A DNA stretch of 64,000 bases from Microthyrium microscopicum (Eukaryota), in the NCBI GenBank assembly GCA_010405405.1, contig MU004234.1:230993-294992 (forward strand), given 5' to 3'. The notes below the pieces were generated by a model. The model did not search any database, had not been told where the DNA came from, and worked only from the letters and a program-made list of their open reading frames with translations. The translations under genes and the position numbers were made by a program. Below are positions 39,818 through 52,600 of the stretch, in pieces (position 1 is the first letter of the stretch; each line of letters starts with the position of its first letter).

Positions 39818-40074
39818 GAGTAGAAGGTTGGTTTGGATAGATAAGGATGGGGTAGAGTAATGTAGTAATTGAACGTTGTATTGCTGACTCAATATTAGCT
39901 TTGCTGCTGTGATGGTTGTGCAATATCTGTGGAAACTGAGAGACGTTCTTATATGAAGACACACTTGATATCTGCATTCACACTAAATCCTACATATGAA
40001 AGTCACACACCCCGTAAAGACAGGCTAAATGGGTATATCAGACACACAATTACACACAAATCTCCATCTGAATC

Positions 40075-43000
40075 TCAATTTCCATCGTCCTCGTCGAAAT
40101 CCGCCGATCTCCCAATCTGCCCTTTTTCCAAATCCCGCAACTTGGTCTTCAACAGCAACACATCTGGCTCCTCTCCACCTTCTTCACCTTCCAATCCCTC
40201 ACCAACCAACACGCCCGCCTGACTTTTCCTCTTCAACGCCTGCCCAAGTCTCAACGCCTTGCCTTCTTCCGCAATCTGCGCCCTCGCAGCAAGACTAACA
40301 TCACTCGCATGTCTAGAGCTCTTCGCCAAAGAGCGTCTATGCGATGACAATCCATGTGAATGACCAGGTGGAGAACCATGTGGTGAATGGCCGTCTGAGT
40401 CACTGTCCGAAGGCATACTAGTGTCCGTCTTCGTAAGGCTTGAGGACAGGAGTGTACTATTATCATGTTCATCAGACGGCGAAACGGAATGGCTCGATAT
40501 CGCATCCGCGCCAGAAACTGCGGCAGTCGTGGGATGGCTGATGGAGTCTGATGGGAGCGGGCATGGATGACCTGGAACGCGGCATTCGGGATATTCGTCT
40601 TCGAAGCGGTTGATTATGCCGCGGAGGGTGTTGTCTAGGAAGAGAAGACGGCCTGAGATACGCATGTTAGTGATGAGAAGGGGGATAGACGGAGAAGGGA
40701 GCTTACGGAATGCCATGTCGTCGCCAGTCTTGCTTTCGCGGACGAGGGATGGTTCAAGACGAGTGCGGATTTTACGTGCACTTTCAAGTAAGTTCTTGCT
40801 CATTGCCATGGCTTTTTCTTGGATTGCAGGTTTGTTGAGAGGTGTGACTGCGCCAGAGGTAGGTAAGCTGGCAGAGCCGCGACAGAATTCGGCGAGACAG
40901 TAGTTGAGGGCTTTGACGACACCGGTGCCGCCGACGATGTAGTCGTTATCTGGCGTGGGTTTATCGTCATCAGCGGGGAGACTTTGTCCGTCGTAGTTGC
41001 CAACGAGGTGGAGAAGGACTTCGGGTACTTCAACCTCTTTCGCGTGGTGGGCAGAGAGAGCCGACTCAACCTTGGTCATGGTCGAAGATTCGTAGGAAGA
41101 ACTTGGTGAGCCGCTGGATTCCGAAGCGCTGTCTGAAGATGCAGTGTCCATGAATGCTGACCATTTCTCCATGTTGCGTAGGGAGTAGGCGACTACTTGC
41201 TTTGCGAGTGCTTTCACAATTTCAGAGTTCTCTGCTGTTGGGACATCGACATCGATGGATATTATCGAATCGGAAACCCGGACTGCGGCCATCAATGAGG
41301 CATAAAGTGCAACAGCTTCTTCTTGCGCATCTTCGGTGGTTGCGGAAGCCAACGCCGAAAGTTTCGGATTGCCCAAGATGCTCAGATGAGCCAACTGTGG
41401 GCATTCAGCTAGAATATCAGCCAAAGCAATAGCCTGATTAGGAGCCATGTCCACGCCATTGAGATGAATGCGCCTTATGTCCTTGAGCAGTGGAAAGTAT
41501 TTTCGGAACAGACCAAGAGCACTGGGACTACTAGTGAACAGTTCTGGATTGTGCGAAAGGTCTAAAAAGCGTAGATTCTGGACGTTGAGTAGGCCTGGAA
41601 ACATCATTTTCAAAGAAGCCGGGTCCAAGCCGCAATCCGCAAGTGAAAGGGCCCAGAAATTGTTGTTGTTATTGAAAGCCTCCCCAAGAATATCCAGATG
41701 ATCGCGAAGATCGTTGCTGCCGAGATCAAGTCCTTCACATACTCCGGAGCGGATGTAATGGGAGAGATACTCCATGGCGTCCAGGCCAATGTTGTTTCCA
41801 GCAAGACCAAGTCGTTTCATTCCACTGACCGTGACAGCGTCTACTATTTTGCGAATATGATGTGTTGTCAGGCCACACTCGCTCATGACCAGTTCTTCAA
41901 ACGTGCTACCTCCCAGTCTTTCCGATATCGATTTGGCAAAGACCTCAGCGGGATCAACTTGTGGTTTGGCTGGATCGCTAGTGTTGATAGGAGCTCGAGG
42001 AAACTCGTTCATGGAGACATCCAGTGACTTGAGAGACTGGCACATGTAGATGAATAAACTAACATGCTTCCAACCCTCCTTGGTCATCTTTGGGTTATTC
42101 CTCATACTCAGCTTCTCTACCACTCCACTACGCTGTTGATATTTTTCGCCCTTGACCCTGTGCCGATGCGCAAAGTCCGGAGTCATAGCCGCGAGCAATC
42201 CAGCAAGTATCACCCTGATGCCTTCATCGTTGAGATCCGAGTCCTCGAGAATAAGCTTCTTGACAGGGACAATCGCCAACCAATCGCTCAGCGTCACCAT
42301 ATCCGCAAGCTGCAGTCTTGAGCCTGTTAGATTCAAGTTGAGCACTACACCCGGCTCATTGATCGGACAATTCGCCGACGCAGCAAGCTGATCCGTGATC
42401 CTCTTTAGAACCGGCGTCTCTCGTAGCTGGCAACACCTGCGATATATTCTTAAAGGATCTGTCGTCGGCCGATCTAGTGGCCTCGCAGCAGCGTCTGCAT
42501 CCTGTCCAGCCGCCAGATTCGTGCGACTAATGACCATGGGAATACTTCCACTTTCTTCTGCCTTTCTGCGTTTTTGCTCCTTGCGTTCTTTCCGCTCTTC
42601 TTCTGACCGCTTCTTCTTCTCCTTTTTCCTCGTCATTTCTTTCTTTGGCTTCTCGTCCGATGGCTTTTCTTCTGATGGCGGCGTGTCTTCCACGGGCGTT
42701 ATCGGGTTTTCAGGCACAGGTGCTTCGTCCTTCACCACTTGCTCTCCATCAACAACTTTATTTTTGAGCGCTTGACCTTCCGCGGCCTCCTTCTTCTTGC
42801 GATCCTTGTCTTTATCTGCCTTAGTTTTGCCATCATCTTCGTCTTTATAATGTGGTCCACCGGCAATTTCTACATCGACGCAAAAAGCCACGCGCCGTAG
42901 TTTATTCGAGTCGAATTCTGGTAATAAGCAGCGCGTCCGGTTCGGATCAATATTCATGATTCGCCTCGGAGCCATGCCGCGCTTTTCACCCGCCGTCTTG

Positions 43001-43742
43001 GCTCCTGGACCCAGCTGACTGCTCGACGACAATCGTCGCAGCGCATTGCTAAAGAAGCTACTCCCTCCTGACTTGGGCGGTTGCGGCACATATGGTTTAT
43101 CCACGCTACTAACAGCTTCAGTATGTGATGGAGTATTTGACAATGGACGAGTAAGGTTTGGCGATGAGTTTGTCTGCGCAATGTGACCATTGGCATTGAC
43201 CGTGGATGGTTGAGGCTGAGGAGAGGCAGCAGGTGAAGAAGAAAGTTTCGAGCTCAGTGAAGAGATCCACGAGGAGCTACGCCGTGGGAGGTTCTTGTCA
43301 TTGACATTGTGAGAGGTACTGTTGCCCATCTTCTCTTTACTGCTTCGGCGCAACAGTCCGGCACCAGGGCGTTTGTGGATGGGAGGGGTAGCCGGAGGAG
43401 TCGCGACCGGTTCAGTAGGACGAGGTTCTTCGGGTGGAGGATTCGATGCCTTCTTTGAGAGAGGATTTGAAGGAGATGAGTCGTTGGTAGCAGCGGTGAT
43501 GGTGGTGGAGGTGGGTGACTTGGAGGCATTTTGTGGTTTTGAGTCGTCGTTGGATTTATGATGGATTAGATAGGTCTGGTGTATGGTTCGGTCTATAATA
43601 TGTCAATACTAGCGTTTAAACAAACGATAGAACTAGTGTAAAACAAAGTGCGGAGAAACATGTGGTATAGAACGGACGGAACCCTACCTTTTGGTTGTGA
43701 AGACTGGATCCAGCTCACGTCAACGCCGTGTATATCTTCCAT
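40075..43742 (-). CDS. MHP1-like RNI/leucine-rich-repeat protein
   Basis: Start MEDIHGVDVSW (intron 43593-43687, frame checked); LRRVAFCVDVEIAG, RIYRRCCQLRET, LRR repeats; probable in-frame 54-nt intron at 40653-40706. Confidence 0.85.
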
Positions 43743-44865
43743 GACTGAATTTGAGTATTGAGATGATTTATGGTGGCTTGACCGAGATCAAAGCATTATG
43801 CTAATCGAGATTTAGAAATAGGTAACAGGACTGAGCGTGTACGCCTGTCGAATGGAGTATGTTCAGCTGGACCTGTGAGGAATGGTCGAGAAAGAGTCTG
43901 GTGAGGAAATGGAAATGTGAAACGACCAAGAAGCGGGACAATCAGTGTACAAGGATAGGAATGAGTTTAAGGGCAGAAATGGCAGGGCTGCCACTTTGAG
44001 ATCAGAATAGTGAAGGCAAGAAGTCTTGTGGTCTTGGTGGTGGTGCTTGGAAAGATGTTGAGTGAGATAAGGTAAGCCGTGTCATGCGTCAGCAGATGTC
44101 AGTTGTTGTATGATCTTCCAACCGCTACTATTCAGACCCTGGAACCACCACTAATCCAACTACCTGTACAATCCATACAAAATGCGCGACACTTTACCAA
44201 ATATAGAGTGAATTCAAGATGACGTTAGCTGTGCTGCGATATACAGTAGCGGCTCAGTAGTCCCTTTTTCATACATTTCTTCCGGAAACTACCAAATATT
44301 CCCATATTAACATCACAGCCACGTCAAAGAATACCAACAATCATTTGATTATATCTCCCTCCCTTTTCCCTTTCTTCCCCAGCTTTCGGTCGAGGATCAA
44401 GCAGTTCCTCGGCCAAAAGCGGGGTGCCATGATCCTCGTCTCTTCTCGCCAACTTGATTCGTTGGTGGTTCGCGAACACCCACAGGCACGCGTCTGTTTT
44501 TGGCCACTCAATCTCTAAAAGACTCGCACGATTATGTTTCTGGCCCGTTGCATTCTTTTTGCCGCTCGCGTACTCGATATCACAAGTTCCAACCACTGAG
44601 GAATAGTCCCATGACATCCGGAACGCTCCCGGATTGCACAGAAAGGCATCAGAGCCCCATATATCACTGCTGTCTGTGACCCGACTTATTCCTTAACGTT
44701 ACCAGCATCCTCGTTGGAAGTTTTTTATATTACTATGACATGTCAAACCTGTCAGTCAGACAACTCCCGGCGCGCTGTAAGCAAGCTTTGATGGTCCGGA
44801 AAAGAGTACCCAGTCCGGTTCGGTAACCATCCGCATCCGCCCACGTTCAACTTCACTAGTACACC

Positions 44866-46347
44866 ATGTCTCTTCAAGACGCGAACGATTATGGCGATTT
44901 CATAGACTCTGACGACGACGAACGAGCCCCAGAATTTTGCGAAATAGAAGAGAGCGCCGAACCTATCCAACAGTACAAGAAGGGCACATTTTACCCTGTT
45001 TATATCGGGGAAGTGCTCCATGGTAATTACCATGTAATCCACAAACTTGGTCGCGGAGGCTTTTCGTCTGTATGGATGGCCCACGACATTGCAAACCATA
45101 GGGATGTTGCTTTAAAAATCATCGTTTCTGGGAATTCGGGAGATCATGAGTATAACATACATCAGCAAATCATTCGAGATGTGAAAGATACTTCGTCCCT
45201 TCTTCTATGTCTAAATGTTTTTCATCTGGAGGGATATCAATGTAGACGTCATACAGTCCTTGTGCTTCCTGTGCAAGGTCCAAGTTTCCAGATGTGTTTG
45301 TACAAGAGGCCAATAGCTGCTCGTATGTCAGCTGCATGGCAGCTTCTTAGGACATTAAAGAAGCTACACGATGCCAAAATTGTACATGGAGGTAGGTTAG
45401 GCTTACAATTTACTAAGATTCCTTGCTCAAAGAAAGAATCTGCAGATCTGAACAACGGGAGTGTTCTATGGGGTACCCGTAGCTTTCATTTCATTTGCAC
45501 GTTTAATTAAGCCTATTTGGGATTTCAAATTTGGGCTTACTAATATCTTTCACCAATGATAAGTAGAGGTTTAAATCTCACGTGTGAACAAAAGGGGCAT
45601 TTTCCATATATAATATGGTGAAAGATATTAGTAAGCCAGAATTCGAAATCCCAAATAGGCTTAATTAAACGTGCAAATGAAACGAAAGCTACGGCAACAC
45701 CCCTTGATGACCGTAAACTCAATGTCAAGCACCAATATCTCGGTCGACCTCAAAAGATAATGCTTCCAAACACAATCTGGAAGAGAGCTGACCTAGTCCT
45801 CCCAATTGCCGAGACCATCTCTGAGAATCTACTACAAGACACCATCTATCTAGCAGATTTCGGCCTATCATTCAAAACTGACCAGCCAGTACCAGATATA
45901 AAAGGCTTTCCACCTGGACTGTATCGAGCCCCAGAGCTGTGGCATGGTATCAAGTGCGACTATGCTCGTGATATATGGAGCTACATGTTCATTTTCACCC
46001 ACCTCTATTTAGGAGTTCGTCCTTGGTTGGGCAACGGCAGCAGCACGGTGCTTGCTAACATGGTCAAGATTCTAGGCCCATTACCGCAACAAAGGATGGG
46101 CCACTATGAGCATCCTCCATCGGGCGATGTTTCGTGGTACTGTCAAAGCAGAGTTCCTGATCTTCGTTTAGAGGCGCTTGATGCAAAGATTCAGCGACTT
46201 CGACCTGAAGTCAGTGAGATAGAGCGGTCCCATTTTCTATCTGTGATTGCTAAAGGGTTTTGTTATTTACCCGAGAATCGCATAACTGCTGGCGAGCTTT
46301 TAGACGACGAGTCGTTCAGAGCTCTTATGGAACATTATCAACTCTGA
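44866..46347 (+). pseudogene. SRPK-like (CMGC) protein kinase interrupted by a MITE; probable pseudogene unless the insert is spliced out
   Basis: KLGRGGFSSVWMA, VALKII, VHG|DLN (intron 45392-45445), LADFG, YRAPE, DIWS. The 218-bp insert at 45477-45694 introduces stops. Confidence 0.8.
45477..45694. mobile_element. MITE (218 bp) with ~79-bp terminal inverted repeats, ends CCGTAGCT...AGCTACGG
   Basis: Left ccgtagctttcatttcatttgcacgtttaattaagcctatttgggattt..tcacca is near-perfectly reverse-complemented at the right end; kinase coding sequence resumes on both sides. Confidence 0.9.
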
Positions 46348-46836
46348 GCTTCACTCTTCCTTTGTTTGCGATAGTCGTAGGAGCATTCAAGTTCACGTCT
46401 AAATTGGAAACTCTAAAAGAGTCCAGATCTTCAGATCTTAGGTCCAGTCACTTGTAGAATATAAAGGTACTAGTAGGTAGAGGGGCTAGTGATATATCAT
46501 AACACAGCTAACGTCATCCGGAATTCATTCTGAATTCGATAAAGTACAGCATTTTCAATGATTAGAAATTACTGGCTCGCTCGGGTGTGTCCGGGTCCGC
46601 AACATGAACTTTCTGCGATGCACATCGTCACGATCACTCCATCAAATATTTCTCCTAACATTATCACTAATCACATCAGAAGCACACAACACAAACCACC
46701 AGTAATCAGAAGAAAGACTTTGATTGCCCAGTGACACCTTTTTGCCTCAACTCCAGAGCCCGTAGAACTCTGTGACTAGAACTAACAAACCCAAAGCATT
46801 CAATCATGACCTAGCCAGGTCCCCCTACAAGCACAC

Positions 46837-48049
46837 TCATTTGGCCTTGAGTTCAGCAATGCGAGCCTTGACACCCTCACGCTTCTCTTCGTGAGTAAGC
46901 TTGGCCTTCTTGTACTTCTTGCTCTCCTTGATCCAGAAATCCTTGCCCTTCTTCTCACCAGCATCCTCATCCTTCTTCAAAGGATCCTCACGGATAGCCT
47001 TGTGCGCCTCTTGGTAAAGCTCCTCAAGACCATCTGGCTCAATGTCATCCTCAATATAGCCCTTGAAGAGCTGGTTGTAGCGCTCCTCATCGTCATCAGC
47101 CAATGTCTCCATGTACTCGCCAACGTGGCCACCAAAGATGTAGCGGCGGAGAGTGTCAGCATCGAGCTCCTTGGATTCGGGATCGTAGCCAGGGAAGCGG
47201 TTCTCAGAGTGAGGAATGTAGAGTCCACCGTCGGAAGCACCCTTCATGGCGCCAAAGACACGGGCACCGGTTGTGGTTCGGACGAGACCAACATCCAAGT
47301 AGGCCTTGAATGGGCGACGGCTCTCGCCATCGTCACCCTCGGCAGCTTCAGTCAATTGGTATTCACCATCGGCCTCTTCGACACCGACGAAGTCTTCATC
47401 GAGGTCGAGCTTCTTGAGAGTACGGCGAGCGAGGAGGAGACCGGTGGCATAGGCGGCGGACCAGTTGGTAAGACCGTGCTTGATGCCATATCGCTTGAGT
47501 TCGTGGGCATAGGCAGCGCTGAAGACTTTGTCTCCGCCTAGTTCGGAGGTGACGATTTGAGTGATGATGTCCTTGTTGGTGAAACTACAAATATCAATAT
47601 ACTTGTCGATTGAGAATCGAGAATGAGGAAACCTACCGAACGACGAGGCGGTACTTTGGTGCGTTGTACTTGTTCTTGGCTTGAACAGTCAACTCTGAAA
47701 ATGTCGTTAGCACAATATCGTCCATGTCGCACCATTGTCAACTTACTTTGACGGGCAGCGTAATCAGTCTTGCCCTGTCGTCTACGCTTGTACTTGACTT
47801 GGTACCGCGAATAGTACGCTGAAGCTCAGTTAGCAGCACATCCAACAATAATAAATAGAAGAAGGAATGGGTACTCACCTTTGTTCTTCACTTGTTTGGT
47901 CTGAGCAAGCATTTCCAGTTAGCACTTATCGCTTCAATAACAAAATATTCCTCCATCGAAGCATCGTGCGACAACCGTCAACCCCTCCATAGTGGGCGCT
48001 CAAACGCTTGCTCATCACGAATCTCCAGGAATGTACTTACGAAAGGCAT
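46837..48049 (-). CDS. RPL5: 60S ribosomal protein L5 (uL18)
   Basis: MPF|TKQVKNK|AYYSRYQVKYKRRRQGKTDY..KNKYNAPKYRLVVR|FTNKDII; LDVGLVRTTTGARVFGAMKGASDGG; four introns. Confidence 0.97.
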
Positions 48050-49387
48050 ATTGACGGGCGGGCAGGTTGGCCGGTCAAATTGTCAATTCTCGAGTGGGTG
48101 ATGAAAGAGTGAGGAGGAGAAGAGAGAAGTTCGACTGCAGCAGTTTTGACAGCCTCAAAGCTGGCAATATTGCAAAAAAGTGGTGGACCATTGTGGGAGT
48201 TGACGTGATTGGTCAGATACTTGGGGTGGGGCGCTTGGACTCTGCGTCAGCCTTGCCTTCAGCCTCGCGGTCAACTCCACAAATAGCTTCGTTGCAAAGA
48301 ATATTCTTCATGCTGCGCGCAGACCCTGAATACAAAGTATTTCGATTCCGAACTATGGACTGCAAGCTCGAAGTGTATCACTGCGTTTTCGTTTAGCTTG
48401 TTCACTAGCATCTGCTTCAAGACTCCAGTGACTGGGAGACATGATTGTAAAAGACATAAATGAGCAGACAATTTCCAAAAGCAAGAAAATGGCTCCACAG
48501 TACGTTAATACGGGCCGTATAATCAAGCACAAGGGATTTCTGATGTTGAAAGACCTGTCCAGCATAATACTACCTAATGATCGTTCCCTACATGTTATAC
48601 TTCCGTCGTCGAATAAAAGTCGCGCCACTTTCGCATATCACAACAACTCCTGCACATAAAAATACCCTCAGCAGCCTCCAAACCCGCCAAAACAGCCAAA
48701 AAACTATTCAAAAAATTGCAAAAAGTTCACCACACACCTGAGCGAAGCTCTAAGATGTGTGGTTATGAAAATCAGACGAACTGATTTTACGATGCAAACG
48801 GGGCTCGAACCCAGAGGGTTGTCATAGCCACATCGTTAGTCTTGAGCAGGAGTTGTCTCTTAATTACGCATCGGGTTATTTATTATCTGACTCGTTCGAG
48901 ATTAGACATCAGATAATAACCGTCAATTGCCACCCTTATTGTTGGACCTAAATGTTAGTAGATATTGAAATTTCCCAACAAGTTGAATGTATACAACAAG
49001 CTTCGTTCATAATAATATTTCACACGTCCGCGTTCACTCAGCCTTCAGACGACTATTCACAAGCAAATCAATTCTCAATAAAAAGGCCAAAGAATATTAT
49101 ATTCGAAATCCTTTATTATGAGTAATTGAGTAAGTTTTCTAAACAAATAGCTTTTTGTGTTTCCGCGAAGTAATGAGAAGACTAATACTGCTCGAATATG
49201 ATAATTCCTGAGCACTGAAATTGCCTACATCAATAAAGATTCTCGCCGGTTTCATAGAAGTACGATTTAGATGTTTCTTCCACCGAACAAGTTGTGGCCA
49301 AGAGACATCAATGTCGTTCCACTGTTGTTTTCCCCGATCCATATAACCCATGGAGAAATGTCGTCTCTCGTATTCTTGCGATTCGCT

Positions 49388-49639
49388 CTAGCAGCTTCCC
49401 GGACAGCAATTACCGTTTTGACAATAGCAAGGCCCAGTCAAACTCGCGCAAGTGCAAAGTGCACACGGAGGCTTGATTTCTGTTGGAGGCATGGTGACTG
49501 TCTGTCAGTCATTTAGCATTAGCTACGATCCACAAGATCCTGCGGTGTTGTATCCAGTACGTACTGAAGTTGGTGGATTGGCCATGGCCAAAGCGGCAGA
49601 TGCGAGGAAGATCAATGTTACGACCGAGAAAGCATGCAT
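49388..49639 (-). CDS. Small secreted cysteine-rich peptide, 62 aa, 8 Cys
   Basis: Exons 49639-49565 and 49501-49388; intron gtacgt..gctaat..cag. MHAFSVVTLIFLASAALAMANPPTS|TVTMPPTEIKPPCALCTCASLTGPCYCQNGNCCPGSC*. Confidence 0.85.
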
Positions 49640-52600
49640 TGTTTTGACTTTAGGCTTTGGGAAGGATATTTGGTAGGATATTGGATACCTTTGTGTTCTG
49701 GCGTTGTATAATTGCGAAGGAACTTGAACGAGTTGATGCTTATCTGGTTCCTGATGGAAATTGATCTGCTTTTGTACTACCTCTGGGCAAATCCAATCCT
49801 ACTGAGAGACGAGGAAAGATTGTACGATTGCCAGAATTTACGTCGTGTTCAAGTCAGGGAGTGCGGGTGCGAGACGCTGAAGGATTTCATTTCTTGAAGC
49901 CGCGTCGGCGATACCGAAAGCTCTATACCACCAAGCTCCAGAATCTTTATCCGCAAGCTGCCAATCTAGGAATGCCAAAACATCAACTGGCCATCATAGA
50001 GAGTGTAGAATCGTCAAGTTGGGTATCGAGTCGTGAAGTTCGTGGCAAAAGCTCGAAGGATCCATTCCATGAGGACGTGTCGGCGATCCCGTACACTTTA
50101 TACCACGACTTACTTAACTTCCAATCCTAAATAGCTCATTTAGGCAAGTCGAAATGTTCATTGGCTAAAAGAATTCAAGTCAGTGGAGAGCCATATGGTA
50201 CGGTATTCATGAAAGTATGGTATGAATTGACCTGGCAGCTCGAAGTAAACGCCCGGAATGCTAAAAGGACCATTATTGCGAGGAAAGAGGATATACTCAA
50301 GCTTGAGTAAGTATACTTTGCGTTTTTTGAGTGCCTAATTTTGATTGCCGGAGCAATTTCAGTAACCACATCTGTTCCCAGCACGAAGATATAATTATCA
50401 ATTCTTTTAGAATGTTACATTACCACTATTAAGGCCATTGAAGCCACCTACTGTACAATCATCTAGAACTTCGCGATAGAGCGCCTCGCTGACGAGCAAT
50501 CAAAGTAAGGCTGTATGACTCCAATACTACCTGTTAATAGGAGCCTGTATATCTGCAAAATGCCACGTAGCGTGGCTCTACATTTCCACCCTCGCTGAAC
50601 AATGATCAAAACACTTGACATTCAGGCAGTTTCTAGAACTAGAACGCAAAGGTTGTATTGGTGATCTCTAATCCCAAGAGCCACGAATCAACGATAAGCA
50701 AGATCTTGCAGGATTTTGCGTCACAATGATACAATTCATCTCCTTGAGGCCACGATGCCAGCTTTTCTAATGCCGCATTGGCAAAAACCACTCAAAGCAC
50801 GACATGCATATACCAAATCTTCCTTGTAAAGTCACTCGTTGACATACCTCCGAGAAGTAGTCCTCCGTAGCTCAACATATCGCCAAAATGCGAACGTTAC
50901 CTGAAGATATGCAGCTGCGCACATCCGGCGAACGACACAACACCATCCACTTCACAACATCAGCCCATCCATACATCGCTAACAAAAACCATCATTCACT
51001 AGACACTTGCACGCTTCAACAGAACAAACTCAACCCCTATTCTTACCTCCGCCCTACCTCTCAAAAGACGCCAGTGACGTTCTCACCGCCCGTCACACAT
51101 GTCACAAGCATGAGACATTTTCCGGCAGCACAAAACCAACAGCGCATGCAATGCAGATCAAAAGTCAAAAAACATTCTTCTCATCCTCATTAGCTAAGAA
51201 TGGCACCGAATCAAGTAAGTCGAAGAGATTTTACACGTTTTTGCCATGCACTACCACGTGCGGTACGGCTGGGTGTTGACACAAGCGGCAAGAGAGAATG
51301 AATCTGCACCAGGAGTCTGCACTTCAACCAGGAATAATTTCGTTGTACCAGGAGGTAGGTATGCGGCTCGTTCGAGAATCCGACATGCTAAAGCTTAAAA
51401 GCTCGATGTTTACGTCAGAATGTTCGATTTAAGGTTCTGAGAAGATCAACGAGAAGCACGTAAGATTCAGCAAGTGGAGACGGATGGAGAACTAGTTGCC
51501 TTATCAGTGCTTGCTGCAAAGTAGGCATGAGAGAAGACAGGGCTTAAGAGCTGAGGTAAGTGGAGTCAACTGGGATGATGCGACTGGACGTTAATTGTAG
51601 AAAAGATTGTATACCCAGAGAACTTATAACAGCACATGCAGAATTCAGGCACTGCATCTGTAATCACGCGGCTAGACTATTTCTGGGAGGTCAAAACGAG
51701 TCTGCAAGTCTCCTATGAGGTGAGAATTGTAAGGCTATATCATTGATGCTTGTCATTATTACCCAATAACTGAAGCTTCTCGAAGATGCATTTAACGTTG
51801 CGAACTATTAGGTCTCAAAAGTGATAATGTCCGAGGTCTCAATCTCTTCTATAGCCAACTAGCTCTCCGCGCACGGCTGCCAAGTAGCGGCGACGATGTT
51901 TATAGTGGTGTATGATAAGGCTCTTGAAATGAATAATTCTAAAATTCGGTGCTAGAAGCCTTTGGAGCATTATTGCGAACTATGATTACCCGCTGAGAAC
52001 TATTTTCAGCACTGACAGCAGCAGCACCATTGATCCGTTGTCATGGGAAGCTTGGTATCGTAGGAACAAGGAATCAGTGCGTTGGATTTCGCTTCCAGTT
52101 ACCATCAAGGCGCTCGCGTGTTAAATGAGTTAACTTGTGGTTGTTTACGACTTCCACATTCCACAGCGCAAGGTGATTGTTGTGTATGTTGGTAGGCTGA
52201 GCGATGCCTGTGCGCGACAGTTAATCTATCTGACACCAACGAGAAGACAAAGAGAAGCCTGGTCTAGTGAGGGAAGAACGGTCAAGCGCCGGGTACTCTT
52301 TGCAAGAAATTACGATGACGTTCCCTCCAGGTTTCCCACGATGTGGATCCTGGAGGGTTTTCGTTGACATGGCAGTTGAAGACGGCGCATATGCTTTCTG
52401 ATTATAGATAATGCGATGGCTGGGTAGAAGAGACTTGTTTCAAGGAAGATTTGATTTTCTTCAGCTCCATAATTTCAAGATCTTCCTTGTCTACTAGGGA
52501 ATGAGAAAAATACTTCTGGTCTTGTCACGTTGCAAGCCGGGAAAGTGGTGAGCTTATGCAAGATTTGCTTGTGGATGTGCCTGGCAATGTCTACAAGGTT

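Noticed and set aside
44324..44617. ORF beginning MSWDY, like CarRA
   Set aside because: Similarity stops after five residues; treated as chance.
46891..47541. 216-aa plus-strand ORF (and similar antisense ORFs over PCK1)
   Set aside because: Antisense shadows of highly codon-biased genes.
47901..48040. Possible C/D snoRNA in RPL5 intron 1 (GTGATGA box C present)
   Set aside because: No downstream CTGA box D or terminal stem found.
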